A stretch of DNA of 64,000 nt. Source: a virus. Shown here piece by piece: positions 1-8,696 of the stretch (position 1 is its first letter; every line of letters starts with the position of its first letter). Where the stretch lies: positions 1 to 64,000 of IMG/VR virus record IMGVR_UViG_3300040801_002693; one strand, given 5' to 3'. Below the pieces are notes generated by a model, which saw only the letters and a list, made by a program, of their open reading frames with translations, ran no database searches and was not told where the DNA came from. Both the position numbers and the translations under genes were made by a program.

Positions 1-453
1 ACCGCTCTGAGAAATCTATGATTATCTCTTCTTGCTTCAACGAGGCTGCCCAAGGGAACGGCTTGGTTTTCGCCAGTAAAACTCCCCATGAGTGGGAGTC
101 TTACGCGGTTCGATCCGCAGCCGGCAACTCCCCCAGGTCTCACATCCTCTCCACAAGCGTCACTTCCGGCAGAGCTTGCCGTAGTGAACCGATTGTACTC
201 AGTCGATGCGCGGCGAGCAACGGCTGGCAGAAAAGAACGGATAGAAGCAGGAAACAACAGATCTCAGCGAGCAGTTACCTACCCTGATGATTTCCACAAC
301 CGGAATGATTTCGTTGTGGAACCCCGTCACGACCTTTATCTTTTTTTCCCTTTACCAGAAAGTGATTTTCCTTCAACCACTGCCGATTCGACTGATCCCT
401 ATAGTGCCATAACAGAAATCGTGGTCGAATACGGCGAATGGTACGTGACATGA

Positions 454-2964
454 TTAAGCCATTGGTTTCTCTTGTGGAATATCCGGTTGCGCGGCCATCG
501 TCGCCTTCGCATTTTCCGACAGGAACCGCTGCAACAGATCAGCTTCCTGTGCTGTATTTTTCCTGTTCAACTCCGCCGACAGCGCCGCGTTCTTCCGTTC
601 CAGGTCAGACGCCGCAATCGCATCCTTCCGCCGAATATCCGCACGGGCGCGCTCATCATCCATCTCCGCTCGCTTGCGCTGCAACTCATCCTGCATCGCC
701 ATCTGCGCGGCCTGTCCTTCGTTCGGGTCAGGCGGTTCCGGTTTCGGCATCAACTGCGCGGCCTGCGCGGCCATCATCGCAATCTGGTTTTCGATCTCGG
801 GCGACATCTCTTCACCGGGCGGAATCTGCTGCCCCATCGCCTGCTGATACATCAACATCGTTTGCATCGCCACATGCTCGGCGATGTGACTCATAATCAC
901 CGTCTGAATCTCGGAACGCTTCTTACTGCCCGCCGCACCCACAAACTCCGGGACTCGCTCCAACAGGTCTTGATGCACAATGATGTGCGCCGTATGGTCT
1001 TGATCTTCATAGGCTTTTACCGGCCCTCCCGTCAACATCGCCGTACCCTCGGTGACCGGATCGGCGCGGGGTGGGGGTTGCTCGGGCGGCATAATCTCAT
1101 CCGGGTTCTGAACGCGCATGGCGATCAGCATGTTGTGGTTCACCTTGCGAATGTCGTACAGGTCGGGGTTCCCGTTCGCCAAATCCATCACCGCCTGCGC
1201 CAGGGCAATGCGATGGGTGGCAGACACTACGTTCGGGTCGCTGACCGGGATCACATCGACCCGCTCATCAAAGTCCTGCGCCATAATCGTGCGATCCTGG
1301 CCGGGAACTTCATACGGGTAGCCGTCCTCGGGAAGCGTCTCGTAGCACAGTTCCGCAAAGCGATGCAGTTCATGCTGCTGACTGCGATGCAAGCGCATGT
1401 GAATCCCGGACATCACCTTCAAGCCCTGCTCAATCAACGCCAGGGTCGTCCCTACTGGCCCATTGGTGTTGGCATCCCCCACCAACACCTCCGTCGCGCC
1501 GCCCAATCGTCGGCCCAACTGATCCAGCAGCCCCAACAGGTTAAACAGAACCGCCGAGGGTTCCTTGTACGGCATCGGGAAAAAGGCTTTACTCAGTTCC
1601 TCGGTGGTCGATTCTACTTCCTTCCACTCACCGGGGGAGATGGTGGTGTCCTTCCCGAGAATCTTGGCATCCCGACTGCGATACCCGCCCGGAAGGTTCG
1701 AGAAGTGCGCCGCATCCAACAGCGCCCGCAACGCGCCGGTCGCTGAGCGCGTTAGCCCGCCCATCACATGCAGCAATCCAAACCCGTAGAAGCCCAAACC
1801 CGGCAAGAACTTGTAGTGCGTGACGTGCTGCTTGGGTTCACGCAGCGGGTCGCCTTCCTTCCAGTTCCGATAGATCGCCAGTACCCGGCCCTGCTCTTTC
1901 TCGACGTGAATCACATACGGCGAATCCAGTTCCTCGTCGTCATCAATCCCAGGGAGCTTCATGAAGCAGGTCTGCTCCAGGATCACATGCCGTTGCGCAT
2001 CATCGGCCCAGTGATGGCGCGATCGGGAATCTGCTGCATCAATCTCATTCATCAGGGTCGTATCGGTTTGTGACTCTTCATCTGAGGGTTCCGACAATTC
2101 GATGTCCTGATAGAACCCATTGATTTGCAATTTGCGCACATCGTTGTGGGTCATCCGCAGAACGTGCGTGGTACGCGGCGCGGTCTCCAGTGAATCGCAG
2201 TGATAGGGCACTACGAAATCACCGGGGTTAATCAGTTGCCGGATAATGCGTTTCTTGAGCGGGCAGTAGTAGAGCTTGATGAACGAGGAACCGGACAGCG
2301 GCAAGCGAAATAACATCTGATCGGTGATCGCAAACGCATCCTTCATTTCGATGGTGTAGGCGTAATTGGTGTAGTCCTGTACTCGCTTGGCCTGTTCCTC
2401 TTTCTCCTGACTAATTGCGCCCATCACGATGGTCTTGCACGGCCCGTCGGGAGGCCAGATTTCACTGAGCGCCCGCGCCTGGAATTGCAACACCGCTTCC
2501 ATCAGCAGGGGATGTACGACCTCCGCCGCCCCATCAAAGGTCGCGCCGCCTTCGACATTCTCGGAGACACCGAGTAAGCGCACTCCCATCGCCTCGCGTT
2601 CCAGCCAGTCCTTACGACTTTCCTCGTCCCAATCGAATCGCTCACAGACATCATCGGCAATCCGATCCAACTCGGTTTCGCTGAGGTCTTCCGCCAGATT
2701 GCGTGAGAACTCGTCACTACCGGGAGGAAGCAACGTCCCGATCATCCCCTCTTCTTCGTCGGTGAGAATCTCACTTCCACCCTGCTCCATCAACGCAAAG
2801 ATGTTCGCCATCTCCGGGTCGTTTGGGGCAGCAACACCTTGTTCCTGCGGCATCGGCATCGGGAGCATGTTCGAGGGATCGGCCTCCATCATCGGGAGCG
2901 CCGCTTCATCCATCGGCGGGAGCATACTTTCGTCGGGGATCATCTCAAGTTCTTGCGGGATCAT
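454..2964 (-). CDS. Portal protein, probable (836 aa)
   Basis: Very large ORF co-oriented with and downstream of terL. It has an acidic Pro/Met-rich N-terminus, a long conserved core and a C-terminal charged coiled coil (QRKRAEMDDERARADIRRKDA). Assigned from size, position and recalled resemblance to podovirus-type portals; no search run. Confidence 0.6.
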   Translation of the reverse strand: MIPQELEMIPDESMLPPMDEAALPMMEADPSNMLPMPMPQEQGVAAPNDPEMANIFALMEQGGSEILTDEEEGMIGTLLPPGSDEFSRNLAEDLSETELDRIADDVCERFDWDEESRKDWLEREAMGVRLLGVSENVEGGATFDGAAEVVHPLLMEAVLQFQARALSEIWPPDGPCKTIVMGAISQEKEEQAKRVQDYTNYAYTIEMKDAFAITDQMLFRLPLSGSSFIKLYYCPLKKRIIRQLINPGDFVVPYHCDSLETAPRTTHVLRMTHNDVRKLQINGFYQDIELSEPSDEESQTDTTLMNEIDAADSRSRHHWADDAQRHVILEQTCFMKLPGIDDDEELDSPYVIHVEKEQGRVLAIYRNWKEGDPLREPKQHVTHYKFLPGLGFYGFGLLHVMGGLTRSATGALRALLDAAHFSNLPGGYRSRDAKILGKDTTISPGEWKEVESTTEELSKAFFPMPYKEPSAVLFNLLGLLDQLGRRLGGATEVLVGDANTNGPVGTTLALIEQGLKVMSGIHMRLHRSQQHELHRFAELCYETLPEDGYPYEVPGQDRTIMAQDFDERVDVIPVSDPNVVSATHRIALAQAVMDLANGNPDLYDIRKVNHNMLIAMRVQNPDEIMPPEQPPPRADPVTEGTAMLTGGPVKAYEDQDHTAHIIVHQDLLERVPEFVGAAGSKKRSEIQTVIMSHIAEHVAMQTMLMYQQAMGQQIPPGEEMSPEIENQIAMMAAQAAQLMPKPEPPDPNEGQAAQMAMQDELQRKRAEMDDERARADIRRKDAIAASDLERKNAALSAELNRKNTAQEADLLQRFLSENAKATMAAQPDIPQEKPMA

Positions 2965-2990
2965 GGTGTTCTCTCAGTCTCACGACTGTG

Positions 2991-4400
2991 TTAGGCGGCT
3001 TTCAGATTCGGTTGCTGTTGCGCATGTTTGACTCGCGCCACGGCAATCGCAAAATACTCGGCATCCCTTTCGATCCCGATACTCTTCATTCCTTCCAGGC
3101 AGGCGGCTTTCAAGGTGGAACCACTCCCCATAAAGGGGTCGAGGACAACCCCGTTAGGAGGAAGCACTAATTTTGTAATCCAGCGCATAAGGGAAGTTGG
3201 CTTACAGGTAGGGTGATAATTATGTCTTTTCGTATCCCTACTATTTCCGCTTCCGGTTTTTATGTTGTAGTTATCGTCTTCCATTAATCCACAAGCGACT
3301 AAGTTTAATTCCTCACATCCACTGTCACGATCCCGCTTTGTCGCCTTCCCGCAATAGAATAACGGATCGGCATCCAGGTCATCGTCGGAATAGCCGAGGT
3401 GTGGGAAGAAACGGGCGGCGCTTCCTGAATCGCCTGGGTAAATTGGGCCTTGCTTTTGATAATTACCTTGACCTGGGCGATATTTGCTTACAGGTCTTGC
3501 GCTACTTGGTGAATTACATGATTTACTTTCAGGAAACATCTGACTCACCGCTTCCGACCCGTCAAGCAATAGATTTGGAGGCCAGCGGCCCTCTGGATGA
3601 TTGTGTTTCTCAATCTCCTTGAGACCCCATTCATGTTCAGAAACTGTCTCAACAGGTTTTCCAATAGGTGCGGTATCACTGATATTTTTTGCCCAGGATT
3701 CATTTGTTCCTACCCGACACGCATCAATATGGATTGCGCCGGTTCCGTGTTTTCTGATATTATCCACCATCCGGCCTTCCGGCGGTTTCTGCGCAACAGC
3801 CGCCGGTTCCATTGCGGGCTTTAGCGACTGCTTTCCATAAAACCAGCCTTCCCATTGCGCGGCTTCCGGGGAAGCGGGAGCTGTTAATCTACAAATAGAT
3901 TCCATGTCTGCTGTTTTATTCCCAATTAATCTTCCACCCCTCATGTCTTTTGTGCATCCTATTTTATTTGGGTTTGGGCCAATATCTTCTCTTTCCAATC
4001 CAAGACTCTTGTCCAGCATTTTTGAGAGATTCGTGGCTTTTGGGAACGAACTACCGTTGACCCACCCAATAATCGGGTGCAACCAAAACCCTTCATCCTC
4101 CAGCGCAATCATCAGTCGATGTACTGTTCTCGATCCGCCAAACGCGACTAAATACCCACCCGGCTTTAATACCCGATAGGCTTCTTTCACCCAGGCGCTA
4201 TGCCATGCCTGCATCTGCTGACCTTCGTTATCGCCGGGTAGAGACTTATGTTGTGAGTCGAAATCCTTACCCATAAAATTCAGCAAATACGGCGGATCGG
4301 TAACGATAGCCTCTACGCTATTCGCCTCCATCTCGCGCATGACCTGAATACAATCCCCGTGATAGAGGATGGCATCACCGACAACAAGAGGTTCAATCAC
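2991..4400 (-). CDS. DNA methyltransferase, beta-class amino-MTase (N6-A or N4-C), 469 aa
   Basis: Motif IV DPPY near the N-terminus (IVTDPPYLLNF) and motif I near the C-terminus (VLDPFMGSGSTLKAA). HPTCKP and GRWPPN motifs are typical of the N6_N4_Mtase family. GTG start at 4400 follows an AAGGA SD. Confidence 0.85.
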   Translation of the reverse strand: MIEPLVVGDAILYHGDCIQVMREMEANSVEAIVTDPPYLLNFMGKDFDSQHKSLPGDNEGQQMQAWHSAWVKEAYRVLKPGGYLVAFGGSRTVHRLMIALEDEGFWLHPIIGWVNGSSFPKATNLSKMLDKSLGLEREDIGPNPNKIGCTKDMRGGRLIGNKTADMESICRLTAPASPEAAQWEGWFYGKQSLKPAMEPAAVAQKPPEGRMVDNIRKHGTGAIHIDACRVGTNESWAKNISDTAPIGKPVETVSEHEWGLKEIEKHNHPEGRWPPNLLLDGSEAVSQMFPESKSCNSPSSARPVSKYRPGQGNYQKQGPIYPGDSGSAARFFPHLGYSDDDLDADPLFYCGKATKRDRDSGCEELNLVACGLMEDDNYNIKTGSGNSRDTKRHNYHPTCKPTSLMRWITKLVLPPNGVVLDPFMGSGSTLKAACLEGMKSIGIERDAEYFAIAVARVKHAQQQPNLKAA

Positions 4401-4523
4401 GCTGTTTATCCTTTGTAATTTCCATCATCATACTCAACCACCACTCGTTCTTCGCTACTTGTTCCCAGTACGAGATGCGGTAGCGTTCGTTCAGGATCGC
4501 CCCCACCCAATGCAGTGTGCTTC

Positions 4524-4769
4524 TCATTCCCGATACTCCCGGATGACCTCGCCTTCTGCTTCCAACCACTTGAATCCCGGTTCACTCCGATCCCCGGTCG
4601 TCCCATTCAACCGACGTAAAAAAACCCGCGTTTGCGGGTTTCTCATCAGGCTCACCTCGATCTCTACCGGGGTGATTCGCGTCACCGTCACCGGTTGACT
4701 TTCGATGCCGTTTTTACTTCGTTCACACAGATACATCCACTGTCCGATCTCAACCGGGTAGCTACGCAT
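4524..4769 (-). CDS. Hypothetical protein (81 aa)
   Basis: Start trimmed to the ATG at 4769, which overlaps the terL stop (ATGCGTAG), suggesting translational coupling. No recognisable motif. Confidence 0.45.
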   Translation of the reverse strand: MRSYPVEIGQWMYLCERSKNGIESQPVTVTRITPVEIEVSLMRNPQTRVFLRRLNGTTGDRSEPGFKWLEAEGEVIREYRE

Positions 4770-6867
4770 AGACCGCCTTCTTCCGAGGGAGTAAACGAGA
4801 AACATTATCAGGAAGTTCATCCTCGTCATCCTCAATATCCGCCGAGGGTTGAATCATCCAACTCTTGGTCAGCCAGATAAACGCCTGACTGATTGTGTCT
4901 GCCGTGTCATTTGGGTTGCCGGGGCGGAAGGTACAGAGTTCGTCAATCACATCGTCTGCCCACTTCCGATCGGGGTAGTACACGCGTCCATCTTCAAACA
5001 ACGCCTGCGCTCGATAGGCTCGCGCAAACTTGTCGCGTTCTGGATTGAACGCATGGATCGGCAATCCCGCCCGTCGCAGGTCTTGCACCAACGACATACC
5101 CGAGGCTTTTTTCTCGATGATGACCTTATCCGGTTCATACTCCCGGTACGCCAGTAGCGCCTCTTTGCGCAGGTCTGAGTAATCAATGCGACCCTTCCAC
5201 GCCTCCAGTAGAATGACGTTCACGTAGTCGTCGTCAGGCCGCTGAAACACACCCCAGGTCGTTCGGGCGCTGTAGGAATTCGACTTAATATCCTGCTCGG
5301 TGTAAGCGGTATCCCAGGACTGCACAATGTACTTGCAATCCGGGAGCGGCTGATGATCCGGCCACTTCTTCCACCAACCGCGCTTGAAGATTTCGCCCTC
5401 TTCGATGAAGGGCTTCTGCTGATACAGTGCTTCCCAATCGCGCAGGGGCAGGGTGCGCTTAATGCTTTGCAGGATGCTGAGAGGAAACCGCTCCGGCCAA
5501 AGCGCCTCGCCCTTTTCATTGATCGCCGGGAGATTCAGAACCGTCCAGTTCTCGTGCTTCTGATCGCGCTGCAACCAGCCTGCGAGGTCGTCCAGATTCC
5601 ACCGGGTCTGACAGACAATGATTGCGCCATCGCCCATTAAACGAGTGTAGGCGACAGCGGTAAACCAGTCTTTCAGGCGGCGTCTATAGGACTCAGAATC
5701 ACTATCTTCTCGGTTTTTCGTCGGATCGTCCACTATGATGCAGTGAGCGCCGCGCCCAGTCATTGCCCCTCCAACACCCACCGCAAAATATCCACCGGTT
5801 TTTGGGGCTGCAAGATTAAATTTATCAATCGCTGCTGAGTCATCAGACAGCTTTGCTCCTGGGAAGATATCTTGAAATAAAGGATCAACTAATTGATTCC
5901 TTACCTTGCGCCCAAAGTCCGAGGCTAATTCCTGTCCGTAGGAAGCTGTAATTAATCGCTTGTCTGGATTTCTTCCTAAAAACCAGGCCGGAAAATACTC
6001 CGATACCAACATACTCTTGCCGTGTCTCGGTGGAAGCTGGATAATAAGCCGCTTAATCTCCCCGCGTTCTACTTGCTCCAGGTAATGCGCCACCAGCCGA
6101 TGATGCGCCGCTGGTTCATACCCTGCCCACTGTAAGCAGGCGTAGGCCAGCAACGAATCGTGCGCAAACGCCAGAGCCGGGTCGTCATCTACAATCACCG
6201 TCGGGACTGCCGGGAGGCCCACCTTCACGCGCCCGTACTTGTGCGATATTTCTTTCAGGTTCTCTTTGCGTTCCTCGAACACCTTAAACCCTAATTGTGT
6301 CGTACACCCACAGCAGGTCGCCTTACCCTTCACCAACGAAAGCCGACTCACCAGCGTTTGATTCCCGCAATCGCAGGCACACTTCCAGTAGGTCATCTGC
6401 GGCCCATCCAGGCGCTTCCTGACTTCCCCAAACGCAAACACCGTCAACTTCCCAAACCGCTGGCCGCGCAAATCCTTGATCCGCCCGTGATGCAATGGAG
6501 TTGTATCAATCGGCGGCGGGGGGACAGGATTCTCTTCGACCTCGGGGCGATTCCGATACGGATCAACCGGCTTCTTCACCTTCCGGGCTTCCGTCTGCTT
6601 CTTTCGATACGCATACCCACACGCATACGAGCAGAACTTGCGAACGCGCCCACACGACATCCTCGGCCCAGAACTCACCGTCCCACACTCCAGGCACGTA
6701 TAGGTCTCAATCGGGATCGGGGTTCGTTTAGGATGCGCCTTTCGATAACATTCCTTCGAGCAATAGTTCTGCTTCGAGTACTTCGACCAACTCTGAAACT
6801 GCTTACGCGGGATAACCTCCCCACACTCCAGACAATTCCGAACCTTCTCTTCCGTTGAATCAACCAT
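4762..6867 (-). CDS. terL: Terminase large subunit with N-terminal zinc-ribbon extension (701 aa)
   Basis: Walker A LPPRHGKSML, Walker B HCIIVDDP, coupling motif QTRW and an RNaseH-like nuclease region (QSWDTAY). The first ~250 aa carry two C-x2-C...(Y/F)CS-x2-C ribbons plus a W-C-x-C-D-C-G...C-C-G-C module. Confidence 0.9.
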   Translation of the reverse strand: MVDSTEEKVRNCLECGEVIPRKQFQSWSKYSKQNYCSKECYRKAHPKRTPIPIETYTCLECGTVSSGPRMSCGRVRKFCSYACGYAYRKKQTEARKVKKPVDPYRNRPEVEENPVPPPPIDTTPLHHGRIKDLRGQRFGKLTVFAFGEVRKRLDGPQMTYWKCACDCGNQTLVSRLSLVKGKATCCGCTTQLGFKVFEERKENLKEISHKYGRVKVGLPAVPTVIVDDDPALAFAHDSLLAYACLQWAGYEPAAHHRLVAHYLEQVERGEIKRLIIQLPPRHGKSMLVSEYFPAWFLGRNPDKRLITASYGQELASDFGRKVRNQLVDPLFQDIFPGAKLSDDSAAIDKFNLAAPKTGGYFAVGVGGAMTGRGAHCIIVDDPTKNREDSDSESYRRRLKDWFTAVAYTRLMGDGAIIVCQTRWNLDDLAGWLQRDQKHENWTVLNLPAINEKGEALWPERFPLSILQSIKRTLPLRDWEALYQQKPFIEEGEIFKRGWWKKWPDHQPLPDCKYIVQSWDTAYTEQDIKSNSYSARTTWGVFQRPDDDYVNVILLEAWKGRIDYSDLRKEALLAYREYEPDKVIIEKKASGMSLVQDLRRAGLPIHAFNPERDKFARAYRAQALFEDGRVYYPDRKWADDVIDELCTFRPGNPNDTADTISQAFIWLTKSWMIQPSADIEDDEDELPDNVSRLLPRKKAVYA

Positions 6868-7081
6868 GTCTCATCGTTCTCAACTGTTCTAATCGACGTT
6901 CGTCCATCGGCTTCTTCCACACCCCTTCACGCTCCACATACCCACGCTCAGCCATCTCTACCGCAGAGCGACATCGCCGCCCATAATCCGGGCCGATGTC
7001 CACGTAATTCCCGGTACGATGCTCATCAAACCCACTCAACCCCGAAAACACCATCCCACACGCCCCGCAGGTATTCTTCAT
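6860..7081 (-). CDS. Small zinc-finger protein (73 aa)
   Basis: CGACG...FDEHR...RRC motif. Overlaps the terL start by 8 nt. This kind of small Cys/His protein is recalled as common next to phage terminases. Confidence 0.55.
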   Translation of the reverse strand: MKNTCGACGMVFSGLSGFDEHRTGNYVDIGPDYGRRCRSAVEMAERGYVEREGVWKKPMDERRLEQLRTMRHG

Positions 7082-7103
7082 AGAACCTTCCTCTTGAATT
7101 GCG

Positions 7104-7219
7104 ATTCTGACGCTTACCTAAGCACCACAAGCAATGATCTCTACTGAGGACGTAAAAAGATGGGTCTAAACACGAAAACGCCTAAAATGCCCTACAGTGA
7201 GGCGTCAGAATTGATTTTC
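7104..7219 (-). repeat. Duplicated leader element, copy A
   Basis: Aligns with 25072-25186. Shared blocks on the minus strand: GAAAATCAATTCT, TAGGCGTTTTC, TCTTTTTAYGTCCTCRGTAG, GCTTGTRGYGC and GTCAGAAT. Confidence 0.7.
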
Positions 7220-7534
7220 AAATAAACGCAAAAATAGCCTTCTCTCGATTGTTCCCAAAAAGCGCGTTTTGTCAATCGTGCTTCCCCCCGCTAATCGCTC
7301 GTAGCTTCGGGGTTTCACTGAACGCACCGCCTGCCGCTGTGATAAATCCTTCAAGGGAATCTCCTGATCCTGCGCATCCACCAACATCAAAGCGATACCC
7401 TGTTTGTCATGGGGCGTAAAATACAGATTCAGGCCCGTAAGATAATCTGCCTCCCGCCCATACAAATCGAAGACCTGATCAATCAAGTCATGCACCGCAA
7501 TCCGCGTCAACTTCCCGTTCGTTTTAACCCGCAT
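7205..7534 (-). CDS. Hypothetical protein (109 aa)
   Basis: Co-oriented ORF overlapping the upstream gene by 11 nt. No recognisable motif. Confidence 0.5.
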   Translation of the reverse strand: MRVKTNGKLTRIAVHDLIDQVFDLYGREADYLTGLNLYFTPHDKQGIALMLVDAQDQEIPLKDLSQRQAVRSVKPRSYERLAGGSTIDKTRFLGTIERRLFLRLFENQF

Positions 7535-7997
7535 GTCGCTGCTCCTGTTTCGCTGACTTTGATTCGCTTACTTTGCGCTGCCGAGCGCGCCACCGCTCCT
7601 GCATCAGACTGCTGTAATCCCCTTTCCACACCTCATGTGAATCCAACACCAAAACCCCTTTCTCCCTGCGCTCCACCTGATTGTTGCAACGCAATATCCG
7701 CATAGCCTTTGCCACTCTGGGCTGATCTATCCCCAACGACAACCCAATCTCTTTCTGCGTCACCCGTAACTGATTCCCGAACCCGGTGTTCGCAATCAAC
7801 CACAACCAAACACGCAATACATCCAAGTGATATGTTCGCTGCGCAAACGCCTTTAATGCAACCTGAAAGAGACGCACATACTCGCCTTTTCCCGCGCTTT
7901 CCATAGGAATAACCTCACGATCATCTTCAACTTCAATAACTTCCCCGTCTTCGAGTACAACCGCTTTAATTTGTCTAATTGATGATAACTTTTTCAT
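7524..7997 (-). CDS. Winged-helix DNA-binding protein, RepL-like (157 aa)
   Basis: Start moved to the ATG at 7997 (AGGA SD); the ORF-track start at 8027 is TTG. The core YVRLFQ...LRVWLWLIAN...NQLRVTQKEIGLSLGIDQPRVAKAMRIL parallels the 46825-47262 protein and the recalled RepL/MarR-type wHTH layout. Confidence 0.5.
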   Translation of the reverse strand: MKKLSSIRQIKAVVLEDGEVIEVEDDREVIPMESAGKGEYVRLFQVALKAFAQRTYHLDVLRVWLWLIANTGFGNQLRVTQKEIGLSLGIDQPRVAKAMRILRCNNQVERREKGVLVLDSHEVWKGDYSSLMQERWRARQRKVSESKSAKQEQRHAG

Positions 7998-8043
7998 CTT
8001 TTGTCCTGTTGTCGAAATGATAATCAATGACTTAGCTGAGATT

Positions 8044-8083
8044 TATGTGTGTAGGCACATACAAGTATGTGTGTAGGCACATA
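8044..8083. repeat. Two tandem 18-bp repeats TATGTGTGTAGGCACATA (22-bp register)
   Basis: Identical copies at 8044-8061 and 8066-8083. Each has inverted ends TATGTG/CACATA. They lie 47 bp upstream of the ATG of the RepL-like gene, so a likely operator. Confidence 0.7.
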
Positions 8084-8324
8084 ATGCGTTTCGTTTTAAA
8101 TCAACACTTTAACCCATTTTTCGATGTTTCCCTTATATACTTAATGGGGCTGGCGACACGGGAAGCCAGTCCAAAAGCCGGAACGCGCCCAATACCATCA
8201 ACGATGGTGCCAGATACCCGTACCCCTAACAAGCCTCCAGCGCCTCAGAAGTATCCAGCATGGAGTCGAAAAGGGTCAAATTTTGAAAAATGCTCGAAAA
8301 ATTCGAGGGGGTAACATACATATA

Positions 8325-8480
8325 CACACCCGAGGCGCGAGGGGTGCCGGGGGGTCAGGGTCGCGCCGGGGGGGGGGAGGGGTGCGCCGGGGGCGTGTGG
8401 GGTGTGGGGTGGGGCGCTTTTCGCTTTGCTGCGGTCTTTGCCGGATTTCCGCCAGGGTTTCCCTTTCGCTTCGCTGTGGC
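8325..8480. repeat. G-rich strand-asymmetric non-coding island with a G10 run
   Basis: Plus strand is dominated by G runs (GGGGTGCCGGGGGGTCAGGG...GGGGGGGGGGAGGGGTGCG...GTGGGGTGTGGGGTGGGG). G10 lies at 8368-8377. Only low-complexity Pro/Arg/Gly ORFs occur, in several frames. Confidence 0.6.
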
Positions 8481-8607
8481 TGGTATGATTGCGCGATGCG
8501 CGCCAATTCGATTGCTTACTGGTTCGCTTCGCTCTGATAATTACTGATTACGCACAATATCAGGAATTTTCTACGCTATGAGTAGCATACTCACAACAAG
8601 CGGCGCG

Positions 8608-8660
8608 CTACGTGAAATCTGGGAAGTTCGCAAGGTCTAGCCCTTGCAGATTTCACGTAG
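8608..8660. other. 14-bp perfect inverted repeat (CTACGTGAAATCTG / CAGATTTCACGTAG) with nested CAAGG/CCTTG stem
   Basis: Arms at 8608-8621 and 8647-8660. Sits 37 bp downstream of the terS stop on the minus strand. Confidence 0.7.
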
Positions 8661-8696
8661 GATATTACACTGTTTAATTGCAAGTTACTGATTATA

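Noticed and set aside
56-130. Intact tRNA gene
   Set aside because: Acceptor-stem strands are not complementary, the D arm is absent, six nucleotides rather than one separate the putative D and anticodon stems, and position 33 is A. Kept only as a tRNA-like fragment.
396-406. T7/K11-like phage RNA polymerase promoter (minus strand reads CACTATAGGGA)
   Set aside because: Only the 11 nt around the initiation region match; the upstream specificity region does not. No single-subunit RNA polymerase is recognisable in the window. ACTAT is also simply the operator half-site.
472-1746. 424-aa plus-strand ORF (and other plus ORFs at 438-896, 1768-2073, 2429-3031) opposite the portal gene
   Set aside because: Arg/Leu/His-rich, low-complexity translations that lie entirely antisense to a well-supported long gene. 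This is the typical shadow-ORF artefact of G+C-rich coding sequence.
4406-4606. 66-aa minus-strand ORF between the 81-aa gene and the methyltransferase
   Set aside because: It overlaps the preceding ORF by over 80 nt in another frame, has a Gly/Ser/Arg-rich product and no SD. The methyltransferase has its own AAGGA-GTG start.
6295-6858. 187-aa plus-strand ORF opposite the terL 5' region
   Set aside because: Antisense shadow ORF, Arg/Pro/Leu-rich. The minus frame encodes coherent zinc-ribbon motifs continuous with TerL.
8276-8547. Four overlapping 76-89-aa ORFs in the G-rich island
   Set aside because: Open in several frames on both strands only because G/C runs lack stop codons. The translations are poly-Gly/Arg/Pro, and there is no SD or start context.
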